Below, one piece after another: positions 50,686 to 59,270 of a DNA stretch of 64,000 nt; position 1 is the first letter of the stretch, and every line of letters begins with the position of its first letter. Made by a program: the position numbers and the translations under genes. The stretch is from Thermodesulfobacteriota bacterium (lineage in GTDB: Bacteria; Desulfobacterota; GWC2-55-46). The stretch covers positions 1,476,744 to 1,540,743 of the forward strand of contig CP129479.1 in NCBI GenBank assembly GCA_030583865.1, written 5' to 3'. The notes beneath the pieces are model-generated. The model was not told the DNA's origin. It did not search any database and saw nothing but the letters and a program-made list of their open reading frames with translations.

Positions 50686-52026
50686 TCACTTCGCGCCCTG
50701 GGCCTTGCGGGCCTCCTGGCGGAGCCTGAGCTTCCCGACCCGTATCCACTGTATCAGGGGCCTTTTCGCGGGGCACACGTAAGAGCAGCAGCCGCACTCT
50801 ATGCAGCTAAGGCCGTCAAGGGCGCTGAACTCGGCGGTCATCTGAAGCTTTCCGTAATCCCCAAGCCTGTAGGGCATGAGGCCCATAGGGCAGACCTCCA
50901 CGCAGCTGGCGCACTTTATGCAGGGCTCGTACGGCTTCGACCTTATCTCGTCGGCGGAGATGACAGTGATGCCGGTCGTTCCCTTCGTGACCGGCACCGC
51001 GAGAGTCGATTGCGAATTTCCCATCATGGGCCCGCCGTTAAGGACCTCTAGCTCTTTCCCGACGAGCCCGCCGCACTGCGCGATAACCTCCTCGAAGAGG
51101 GTACCCACGCGGACCTTGAGGTTCTTCGGCTCCCTTACGCCGTTCCCGCTTATGGTGACCACCCTCTCGAAGAGGGGCTTCCCCCAGTTGAGGGCCTCGA
51201 ATACGGCGACCGCCGTGCCCACGTTATTTACGAGGACCCCGACGTCGAACGGGAGCTTCCCCGGGGGCACTTTCCTACCCACGGCGGCCGATATCAGCAT
51301 CTTCTCGGCACCCTGCGGGTACTTGGCCTCGAGGACGATTATCTTTATCTCAGGGGAGCCGGATACCGCCTTTGCAAGGGCCTCAATCGCGTCAGGCTTA
51401 TTCTCCTCAATGCCTATGAAGCCCTTTGACGCGCCCGAGGCCCTCATGAGGGCCTTGAGCCCCCAGACCACCTTTTCCGGCTCCTCGGCCATTATCCTGT
51501 GGTCTGCCGTAAGGAACGGCTCGCATTCGCAGCCGTTAAGTATGACCGTATCCACGGCCCTACCCTTAGGGGGCGCGAGCTTGACCGATGAAGGGAAGGC
51601 CGCCCCTCCCATGCCGACTATCCCGGCCTCCCTTATGGCCTGGCGCACGGCCTCAGGCTGGAGCGTTCCGACGTCAACGCCTTTGGTGCCAGTGCCCCAC
51701 TCCCTTCTCAAGCCGTCGCCCTCGATTATGACAGAGGCGCACCTGTAGCCGTTGGGGTGGTTTGCAAGCTCGATATCCTTCACTTTTCCGGAGATGCTCG
51801 CGTGGACCGGGGCGGAGACGAAGGCCTTGACGTCGGCTATCTTCTGTCCTTCCTGGACAGACTCGCCCTTCTTGACAAGGGGCTCGCAGGGCGTTCCGGC
51901 GTGCTGCTGCAGCGGTATGACTACCGTCCTGGGCAGGGCAGCCGGCTCGACCCTCTTGCCGGAAGTAAGCTCTTTATAATAAGAGGGATGGATCCCTCTT
52001 TCAAACGTCCTGTGTCCCATTCTCAA
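50686..52026 (-). CDS. rnfC: Rnf complex subunit C
   Basis: 446 aa; NADH-binding GMGGAAFP; two C-terminal 4Fe-4S motifs CIKCASCVEVCP / CIECGCCSYVCP. Confidence 0.9.
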   Translation of the reverse strand: MRMGHRTFERGIHPSYYKELTSGKRVEPAALPRTVVIPLQQHAGTPCEPLVKKGESVQEGQKIADVKAFVSAPVHASISGKVKDIELANHPNGYRCASVIIEGDGLRREWGTGTKGVDVGTLQPEAVRQAIREAGIVGMGGAAFPSSVKLAPPKGRAVDTVILNGCECEPFLTADHRIMAEEPEKVVWGLKALMRASGASKGFIGIEENKPDAIEALAKAVSGSPEIKIIVLEAKYPQGAEKMLISAAVGRKVPPGKLPFDVGVLVNNVGTAVAVFEALNWGKPLFERVVTISGNGVREPKNLKVRVGTLFEEVIAQCGGLVGKELEVLNGGPMMGNSQSTLAVPVTKGTTGITVISADEIRSKPYEPCIKCASCVEVCPMGLMPYRLGDYGKLQMTAEFSALDGLSCIECGCCSYVCPAKRPLIQWIRVGKLRLRQEARKAQGAK

Positions 52027-52039
52027 ATTGGTCCCACAG

Positions 52040-52066
52040 ATTCTAATATTTGCCTTGCGAGGTCAA
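52040..52066 (-). promoter_or_regulatory. candidate sigma70 promoter for rnfC operon (TTGACC-15-TAGAAT)
   Basis: Minus strand cTTGACCtcgcaaggcaaatatTAGAATctgtggg just upstream of rnfC ATG; leaves a very short 5'UTR, so tentative. Confidence 0.3.
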
Positions 52067-52401
52067 GATAATTAGAGCTCAGGATCCGGGACCATCCCCC
52101 CAGTGCCGTCCCTGCTCGACCAACTCACAATAAAAAAACCGTCACGGCACCGCATCCAGCAATCGTAAATGCTGAATGTTTGGCCCAGACGGTCGGCAAG
52201 CGCACTGTTATTCCCGCTCCCCGGTGGTTGCCCACCTTGATTCCGTCAGTTACGGGAAAATTTTATGGGGAATTTATTAGAAACATCTTAATCCAGGACC
52301 GCGGGCCTTGTCAAGGATTAATCGAATTGAAATCCCGGTGCGGAAGCCTTTCCGGCGTACCCTGCCAAAGCGCAGGGGACATTGCAAATTGCCCGGCGCG
52401 C

Positions 52402-53088
52402 CTATTCATCCCCCCTGAATAGCCACACAATAAGGGACGCCGCGGCCATGATGAGCCCGGCGCCGACGAGCAAAACGCTCAAAGCAGTCATGGGTAAAAC
52501 CGATTGGGCTGCCCCCGCCTCTCCGAGCGCCGTCGTCCGCAGGCCCGCTATGATGAGCGATAGAGGATAGAAGAAGCTCCCGGTCCCGAGCAAGGCCGCT
52601 GCCAGGGCCCTGGCCCATGAACTTACCGGAACCCAGGCCAGCATCAGGGATATGCTTATCGTGAGCACGCCGAGGCCCATCGCGTGGACATGGGCACTTG
52701 CGAGCAGTTCATGCGCGGCCCTCATATCGCGGCTCTCGCCTGAATCGGAATGCGCATCCTCGTGTCCGCCATGCATTTCATGCCCGGCGTGGGCGTCCAT
52801 TCCGTCCGGCACGGACATGCCGCTGCCTTCATGCCCGTGAAGGCCGCCCTCAATGTGCGAGTGTCCGTTCCCCTGCCTTGCGCCGTGCGCCCCATGCCCT
52901 CCCCCGCTGCTCAATACGAACTTCTCCGCGATGGAGGCCTTTTCGGCAAGACCGAGCTCCGTGTGTATGTCTTCGTGGTAGACCGTAATGTAGACCGCCC
53001 AGAAGACCCCGAAGACCACGCACGAAAGCCCGAGCAAAAGACCTATCCCCACAACCTTCAGTTCACGTCCCGCCTCTTTTTTCTTCAT
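52402..53088 (-). CDS. His-rich 4-TM membrane protein (putative metal-binding)
   Basis: 228 aa; ~70-aa loop with 18 His (HGAHGARQGNGHSHIEGGLHGHEGSG...HAGHEMHGGHEDAH); start overlaps htrA stop by 1 nt. Confidence 0.5.
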   Translation of the reverse strand: MKKKEAGRELKVVGIGLLLGLSCVVFGVFWAVYITVYHEDIHTELGLAEKASIAEKFVLSSGGGHGAHGARQGNGHSHIEGGLHGHEGSGMSVPDGMDAHAGHEMHGGHEDAHSDSGESRDMRAAHELLASAHVHAMGLGVLTISISLMLAWVPVSSWARALAAALLGTGSFFYPLSLIIAGLRTTALGEAGAAQSVLPMTALSVLLVGAGLIMAAASLIVWLFRGDE

Positions 53089-54161
53089 CAGTAATTCCTC
53101 GGCATCTCTTCAAGTTCGACCTTGATGACGACTGCTTTATTGCCCCTCAGGACCCTTACGGAAACCGTTTCACCAGGCCTGAATTGGTCTACCGCATGGT
53201 TGAGCTCGTCCATCGAGCTTACAGGTTTTCCGTTTACCCCGGTTATGAGGTCCCCGCCGGAAGCTATTATGATATTGCCGATACGCATGGTGCCGGTCGA
53301 GCCCCTGATCCCTGCCTTGTGGGCCGGGCTTCCCCCGAATACGTCTGCAACGAGCACCCCGCTGGAGGGAAAGCCCATGATCCCGGCGTCATATGCGTCG
53401 ATGGACTGGCCCGCTATGCCGAGCCACGGCCTCGACACGTAACCCTTCTCGACAAGCGATGGGACCGCCTTTTTAACCGTGTCCACGGGTATGGCGAAAC
53501 CTATGCCTATGGACCCGTTCACAGGACTGAAGATGGCGGTATTCAGGCCTATCATCCGGCCCTGGCTGTCGAGGAGCGGCCCGCCCGAGTTCCCGGGGTT
53601 TATCGCCGCGTCGGTCTGTATGATGCCGCTCATCAGCCTGCCGTTACGGGCCCGCATGGTCCGCCCGAGCGAGCTTACGATCCCGACGGTCAGCGTCTTT
53701 TCGAGCCCGAAGGGGCTCCCGATGGCGAGCGCCTTCTGGCCGACCCTGAGCGCCGATGAATCCCCGAGCCTTATGGGCTTGAGCTTCGACTGGGGGGCCT
53801 TTATGGCTATGACCGCAAGGTCGTCACCGGCGTCGACTCCTACGACCTCCGCCCTGTGCCTCGAGCCGTCGAACAGCGTGACCTCGAGGCTCCTAGCGCC
53901 CTCTATGACGTGGTAGTTCGTCACTATGTGGCCCCGCCTGTCGATTATCACCCCGGAGCCAGAGCCTGTTGCCGAAATTGGATTATAGAAGAAGTCGTAG
54001 GATATCGTCGTAGTTATGATGTTAACGACCGAGGAGCCGGCCTCGTCATAGATGCGTATGTTCATCTCCTCGTCGCTTGGAAAGACCGCAGGCGGGAGGG
54101 AAATAAAGGCAAATGCGAACGCGAGGAAAAAAACGAGAAAGGTTTTCGTGCGACCGGTCAT
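53088..54161 (-). CDS. htrA: HtrA/DegP-family serine protease with PDZ domain
   Basis: Starts MTGRTKTFLVFFLAFAF (signal); catalytic TNYHVI, DLAVI, GNSGGPL; C-terminal PDZ; ATGA overlap with GT2 stop. The longer ORF to 54701 is Arg-rich artefact. Confidence 0.85.
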   Translation of the reverse strand: MTGRTKTFLVFFLAFAFAFISLPPAVFPSDEEMNIRIYDEAGSSVVNIITTTISYDFFYNPISATGSGSGVIIDRRGHIVTNYHVIEGARSLEVTLFDGSRHRAEVVGVDAGDDLAVIAIKAPQSKLKPIRLGDSSALRVGQKALAIGSPFGLEKTLTVGIVSSLGRTMRARNGRLMSGIIQTDAAINPGNSGGPLLDSQGRMIGLNTAIFSPVNGSIGIGFAIPVDTVKKAVPSLVEKGYVSRPWLGIAGQSIDAYDAGIMGFPSSGVLVADVFGGSPAHKAGIRGSTGTMRIGNIIIASGGDLITGVNGKPVSSMDELNHAVDQFRPGETVSVRVLRGNKAVVIKVELEEMPRNY

Positions 54162-54880
54162 CTCAGCAGGTTGAACTTGACTATGTGCCAGAACGCGGCC
54201 ACTCCGTCCTTCCAGTTTATCTTCTTCCCCTCGTCGTAGGTGCGGCCCGCGTACGAAACGGAAGTCTCGTATATCTGGCATTTTTTCTTGGCGACCTTTG
54301 CCGTTATCTCGGGCTCGAAGCCGAACCTGTCGGACTCGATCCTTATGCCCTTCAGGACCTCGGTCCTGAAGGCCTTGTATCCGGTCTCCATGTCCGTAAG
54401 GTTCAGGTTCGTGAGCATGTTGGAGAAGAAGGTGAGTACCTTGTTCCCGACCGAGTGCCAGAAAAAGAGGACCCTGTGGGACTCGCCGCCTATGAACCTT
54501 GAGCCGTATACCACGTCGGCCTTGCCGTCGAAAATGGGCTGGAGGAGTTTTGGATAGTCCCTTGGGTCGTACTCGAAATCCGCGTCCTGGATGATGGTTA
54601 TGTCGCCGGTAACATGGGCGAAACCGGTCCTCAAGGCCGCGCCCTTCCCCTGGTTCCTTTCGTGCATGAGGAGCCTCAATTTCACTCCCTTTTCGTTCCA
54701 ACCCGCCTCTATGCCTTTGAGGACGTCCCTGGTGCCGTCCCTCGAGAAGTCGTCCACTATGACAAGCTCGCCGGGTATCCCGGTGTCAATCACCCTTTTT
54801 ATGACCTTGGAGACGTACTCCCTCTCGTTGTAGACAGGCATTACTATCGATACGCTCATCTTTTCAGTCGGCATAACCAA
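54158..54880 (-). CDS. family 2 glycosyltransferase (DPM1-like)
   Basis: SVSIVMPVYNE, DDFSRDGT and QDADFEYD motifs; true start may be M8 (54859). Confidence 0.8.
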   Translation of the reverse strand: MVMPTEKMSVSIVMPVYNEREYVSKVIKRVIDTGIPGELVIVDDFSRDGTRDVLKGIEAGWNEKGVKLRLLMHERNQGKGAALRTGFAHVTGDITIIQDADFEYDPRDYPKLLQPIFDGKADVVYGSRFIGGESHRVLFFWHSVGNKVLTFFSNMLTNLNLTDMETGYKAFRTEVLKGIRIESDRFGFEPEITAKVAKKKCQIYETSVSYAGRTYDEGKKINWKDGVAAFWHIVKFNLLR

Positions 54881-55077
54881 TGACTCCCGGCCTTACTTGG
54901 CTTTCGCAAGGCCCGCCTATCAAGACAGGCGGGCCTTGTGAACTTATACAATAAAAGCGCGCTGAAATCCACTCCTCTGCCTCGCCAACGAATTATTGGA
55001 TATTGCCGCCTGAACTGGTATAATCGACCCGCTCCGCCTGATGCGCGTTTTTCAGATATGGGCCGCCGGAAGTTTCT

Positions 55078-55245
55078 TTTAGCAGGGTGTTGAAAAAACA
55101 CCCTGCTAAGCAATCCACGGATGGATTGCCAAATTGCGAAGACTATCCAGGTCGAGCAATTTGTAAGGCTTGGACGGATTCATTCCGGCCAAGCCGTGGT
55201 TGAAAAAGTCCAGGAAGGACTTTTTCAACATCCTGTTAGAGGAAA
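55078..55245 (-). repeat. repeat family A, full copy in inverted orientation
   Basis: Reverse complement matches 35341-35500; 50 bp upstream of the cytochrome c start. Confidence 0.85.
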
Positions 55246-55285
55246 TCCTGACGGCCCATTTAAAATCCATAAACGAGAGGTGCAG

Positions 55286-56413
55286 ATGAAGGCAAGACAA
55301 TCTTTTATCCTGCTTGCATTTTTGCTGGCGGGGCCGCTTACGTCCGAGGTTGCGTTCGCGGAGAGCAAGTTCATGAAGAGCTTCAGGACGAGCTACGAGC
55401 AGAACAGGTTCGACGCCCTGGGGTTTCTCGTCAAGACCAACAAGGACATAATACCCGGCGAGATACGCTCCCTCCTGGACGAGGCCAGGGCTGCCGAGGG
55501 GTTTGAAAAGAAGATGGCGATCCTTGACCTCGCGGCCACGATGGCGACCATGTACGGCGAGTGGCACGGCCAGGACGGGTTCATTGGCGAGATAGAAGCC
55601 ATGCAGAAAGAGGAGATGGGAAAAGAGGAGGAGAGAAAGGCCGAGCTGGAGAAATGGAAAAAATACGAGGCCTTTCCGGGCAACTTGCTCATGAGGGAAA
55701 AAGCCGAGGCAGCCGGCATGGCGCCAGTCATCTTCCCCCATTGGGTCCACAGGATCAACTTCGAATGCAAGGCCTGCCACCCCGCGCCCTTTGAGATGAA
55801 AAAGACCGGCTCAATAGGCATGACGGAGATATTCGGCGGCGGCCTTTGCGGGAAGTGCCATAACGGCACGACAGCGTTCAGCGCCGCCGAGGACTGCGAA
55901 AGATGCCACAGCGTGGGCACGCCGGGCGAGGCCCATCTCCTGGACCCGAAAAAAGCCTACGTCTCGAAGCTCAAAGAGACCTCTGAACGGCTCGGGACAG
56001 GGCTGAATCTCGACCTCCTCCCGGGCAAGGCCCTGCCTTACGACAGGTTCGGCAACATAGACTGGGGCCTCCTGGGGAAGGCCAGAAAACCGATAAAATC
56101 GATTGAGGGGGCCCCTGCCGATAAAGCGGACGAGACGAGGGACAACGAAATACTCTTCGAGTCTCCCATGCCCTACGTGAACAACGTCGTCTTCAGCCAC
56201 AAGACCCATTCGGAAAGGGTCGTGTGCTCGTCCTGCCACCAGTCTTTCTTCAAGGACCAGCTCGGCGCCAATACCGCCAGCATGAAGGACATGGCCGAAG
56301 GCGCCTCCTGCGGCGCGTGCCATCAGAAGGTGGCCTTCAAGTTCGCCGACTGCAACCGCTGCCATTCCAGGCCCGTGGCCGAGGACGCCGGTGGAGCGCT
56401 TAAGAGGAAGTAG
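55286..56413 (+). CDS. secreted multihaem (six CxxCH) c-type cytochrome
   Basis: Starts MKARQSFILLAFLLAGPLTSEVAFA (signal) after GAGAGG RBS; haem motifs CKACH, CGKCH, CERCH, CSSCH, CGACH, CNRCH. The upstream ORF extension to 55121 is encoded by repeat A copy C. Confidence 0.8.
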   Translation: MKARQSFILLAFLLAGPLTSEVAFAESKFMKSFRTSYEQNRFDALGFLVKTNKDIIPGEIRSLLDEARAAEGFEKKMAILDLAATMATMYGEWHGQDGFIGEIEAMQKEEMGKEEERKAELEKWKKYEAFPGNLLMREKAEAAGMAPVIFPHWVHRINFECKACHPAPFEMKKTGSIGMTEIFGGGLCGKCHNGTTAFSAAEDCERCHSVGTPGEAHLLDPKKAYVSKLKETSERLGTGLNLDLLPGKALPYDRFGNIDWGLLGKARKPIKSIEGAPADKADETRDNEILFESPMPYVNNVVFSHKTHSERVVCSSCHQSFFKDQLGANTASMKDMAEGASCGACHQKVAFKFADCNRCHSRPVAEDAGGALKRK

Positions 56414-56422
56414 GGGCCGAGC

Positions 56423-57577
56423 TTACCGTGTGACGGGGACGGGATGCGAGTTTTTCGACGCGGACGCGGGGCCTTTCAGCACCTCCGTGTAGACATCGAG
56501 TGTGCTCGAGGCTATGGAGTCCCAATCGAACGCGCTCTCGATAAGGGCGGCGTATTTCCGCCTTTCAGGCTCGAAGCCGCCTTGCATCGCGATTGAAAGC
56601 GCCCTTGCGAGGGCGGCCCGGTCTCCTGGCTTGAAGTAGACCTCTTTGCTTAACGGAAACTCCCTGTGCGCCGGGATGTCGCTTACGAGCGAAGGGAGAC
56701 CGTAGCTCAGCGCTTCGAGAAGGGCTATTGGAAGGCCCTCGTGATACGAGGGGAGCACGAAGCAGGAGGCGTTCGAGAAAAGCTCGGAAAGGGCCTCGCC
56801 AGTCTGGAAGCCCGTTAGGACAACCCCTTCGGTTTCGCCCGCCTTTTTCCTGACGAACCTGCTGTACTCTGTCTCATGGTCCGCGTCGCCGGCTATCACG
56901 AGCTTGTGGCCGGGCGCTTTCAACGCGGAATAAGCGGCGATGAGGTCGTGAATGCCCTTCTCCTCGACGAACCTGCAGGCGGTGAATATGTATTTTCCCG
57001 GCAGCAGGCCGAAGCGCTTGAGCGCCGCCCCGGGAGGTAAAGGCTTTTTCACCGTAACGCCGTTCGGTATGAGAAAAGAATCCCTGCCGTAAAGCTCCCT
57101 CAGGTCTTCCCTTATCCCGTTTGATATGGCTATAACGGCGTCGCTTGCGAGCACCCCGTTTTTTTCCCCGCGCCGGAGCACCTCTCTCGCGGCCCTCCCC
57201 CATTTGGCGCGTTTGTAGTCAGGGCCGTGATGTGTCATGACGACCTTGAGCCCCAGAGTTTTAGCCGCAGGGGCAAGGAGCGCAGGGCCGATGCCGTGGA
57301 TATGCAGTATATCGGGCTTAAGCCTCCTCGCCTGGAAAAGGCCGAGCAGGGTGTGCGTTATGGCCTCGAAGGACTTCTTCCTCGGGCACCAGAGGTGCGC
57401 GAATTTCACGCCGCGCCACTCGCCATTCCTTTTTCCGGGCGGGATGTAAGGGGCCCTCGTGATGACGGTAATATCGCACCCGAGCTTTGCAAGCCTCGGA
57501 TAAAGCTCTTCGCAGTGCCTTTCAACCCCGCCCTGCACGCCGGGAAAGCCCCGCGTTCCAAGGACGACTATTCTCAA
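56423..57577 (-). CDS. family 4 glycosyltransferase
   Basis: GT4 fold; start placed at TTG (LRIVVLGTRG) with GGAAGGA RBS to avoid 29-nt overlap with downstream-strand neighbour; alternative ATG at 57637. Confidence 0.72.
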   Translation of the reverse strand: MRIVVLGTRGFPGVQGGVERHCEELYPRLAKLGCDITVITRAPYIPPGKRNGEWRGVKFAHLWCPRKKSFEAITHTLLGLFQARRLKPDILHIHGIGPALLAPAAKTLGLKVVMTHHGPDYKRAKWGRAAREVLRRGEKNGVLASDAVIAISNGIREDLRELYGRDSFLIPNGVTVKKPLPPGAALKRFGLLPGKYIFTACRFVEEKGIHDLIAAYSALKAPGHKLVIAGDADHETEYSRFVRKKAGETEGVVLTGFQTGEALSELFSNASCFVLPSYHEGLPIALLEALSYGLPSLVSDIPAHREFPLSKEVYFKPGDRAALARALSIAMQGGFEPERRKYAALIESAFDWDSIASSTLDVYTEVLKGPASASKNSHPVPVTR

Positions 57578-57608
57578 AGTGGATTCTTCCTTCCGGGAAC
57601 TCAGCGCT

Positions 57609-58595
57609 TCAGCAGCCGAGGCAGGGTTTTCTGCCAAGGAGGGTCTTCATCTTGTTCCTTGCAACCCACGCGAGCGGCTTACTTATGTACTTCTTCATCA
57701 CAGGCGCCGCGGTCCCTATCATCCAGCAGTTTTTGGGGCAACTTCCGACCTTTTCACGGAGCGCCCTGGCCCTCTCGCCCTTCCATATGGAATCGAAATC
57801 GTCGGTTGCGAGGTTCCCCATGCTCCCGGCCCACACGTCTTTTTCCATCCCGTTGCACGGAAGGACCTCGCCAAAAGGATCGACGAAGAAGTTCTCGGTG
57901 CCGGCCTCGCAGGGCAGAAGCCTCGGCCTGCCTTTTATATAGTTCATGAGGCCGTAGTTGAAATACGCCCTGAACCAGTCCTTGACCCTTCCGGATGAAA
58001 GGAGCTCGCATATAAGCTCCTCGAAGCACGCGAGCGCCTCCTTTTCCTTCCTTATCGCGTTATCGTACTTATGGAAATAATCCGAATTATGGACAACGGC
58101 TGTCGCGAATTCAAGACCCATCGCCTTTGCGAGCTCGTAGAGCTCTATCATGTCCCGGGCGTTCCTGTCGGAGACGGTTATGCCGAAGCCTATGTCCTTG
58201 ACATTCATCCTGTGCAGCGCAAGCAGCGTCCGGAGGCCCCTGTCAAAGCCGTCCTTCAGGCCCCGGAGCTCGTCGTTGGCGGCAGGGAGGCCCTCGATAC
58301 TGATCCTCACCCCTATGCCCGGGTTATGCCTCGCCACTGCAAGGACCTTTTCCGTAAAGTACCCGTTCGTGCTTATGACCACCCTCTTCGCTTTTTTCCT
58401 GAGGACTGAGACTATCTCGCCTATATCGTCCCGCAGAAAGGGCTCGCCGCCCGTGATGTTGCAGAAGGCTAGCGGCGGTAGTTTCTCAAGTACCCGAGCC
58501 TTTATCTCCTCCCTGGGCTTTGTGGGGTATTCCCAGGTATTGCACATGTGGCAGCGGGCGTTGCACCTGTATGTCACGATTACCGAAGCGTCCAA
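57609..58595 (-). CDS. radical SAM protein with C-terminal SPASM domain
   Basis: 328 aa; CNARCHMC CxxxCxxC; C-terminal Cys-rich SPASM region (CEAG...PCNG...CPKNC). Confidence 0.8.
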   Translation of the reverse strand: MDASVIVTYRCNARCHMCNTWEYPTKPREEIKARVLEKLPPLAFCNITGGEPFLRDDIGEIVSVLRKKAKRVVISTNGYFTEKVLAVARHNPGIGVRISIEGLPAANDELRGLKDGFDRGLRTLLALHRMNVKDIGFGITVSDRNARDMIELYELAKAMGLEFATAVVHNSDYFHKYDNAIRKEKEALACFEELICELLSSGRVKDWFRAYFNYGLMNYIKGRPRLLPCEAGTENFFVDPFGEVLPCNGMEKDVWAGSMGNLATDDFDSIWKGERARALREKVGSCPKNCWMIGTAAPVMKKYISKPLAWVARNKMKTLLGRKPCLGC

Positions 58596-59258
58596 TTACC
58601 GTTTCTCCTGTCTGTTTTTTTTCACGGTAGACCAGACCAGCGTAAATGTCAGTGTCAGCCCGAAAAGCCTGTTCCGTATTATCCTGTAATCACTCAGCCC
58701 TGCGCCATGTGCGCAATTGTCCAGGTCGCGCCCGCTCAAAAGATGCATATAGGCGCCAGTCGCCCAGCGCTTCCCGATTTTTTCGAGGAAAAAATCGAAT
58801 TGGTCTTTTCTCAGCCAGTGCAGAAATGGCACCTTCGTGTGAGTCTCGACGGGGAAATACCTGTTCGGGGTCGTTATCAAGCCTTTTTTAGCCACTCGCG
58901 CCAGCTCCTTCAAAAAAAGCCGCTGCGCCTCAGGCCCTCCGACGTGCTCAATAACTGCGTTCGAATGAACTATGTCGAATTCATGGTCATTGAAAGGGAA
59001 TCCGCCGCCTTCATAGCTGAAAGCCCTTATATGCGGGTATCTTTTCCGGAAAATAGAAATATCTCCCAATCCTAAAGCGGTGATATTCTCCGGATAGGGA
59101 TAATGCTTAACAAGGAAGTTATCGACTTCCGAATACTCGCGGTTGGCAACGCCAACCTCGAGGAGCTTGTCCTTTGGCGAGGCCCCTAATACCTCGATAA
59201 TCTGCCCAAGCTTATTGAGCCTCGACCTGTATCTTGTCTTATCGATAAACCCTTTCAT
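58596..59258 (-). CDS. class I SAM-dependent methyltransferase
   Basis: 220 aa; LEVGVAN motif-I-like and FDIVHSNAVIEHV. Confidence 0.65.
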   Translation of the reverse strand: MKGFIDKTRYRSRLNKLGQIIEVLGASPKDKLLEVGVANREYSEVDNFLVKHYPYPENITALGLGDISIFRKRYPHIRAFSYEGGGFPFNDHEFDIVHSNAVIEHVGGPEAQRLFLKELARVAKKGLITTPNRYFPVETHTKVPFLHWLRKDQFDFFLEKIGKRWATGAYMHLLSGRDLDNCAHGAGLSDYRIIRNRLFGLTLTFTLVWSTVKKNRQEKR

Positions 59259-59270
59259 TTCCTCTCCCGC

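Noticed and set aside
54162-54701. N-terminal 180-codon extension of the htrA ORF
   Set aside because: It is Arg/His-rich and overlaps the well-supported GT2 gene in another frame. The HtrA signal peptide starts at 54161 with ATGA coupling.
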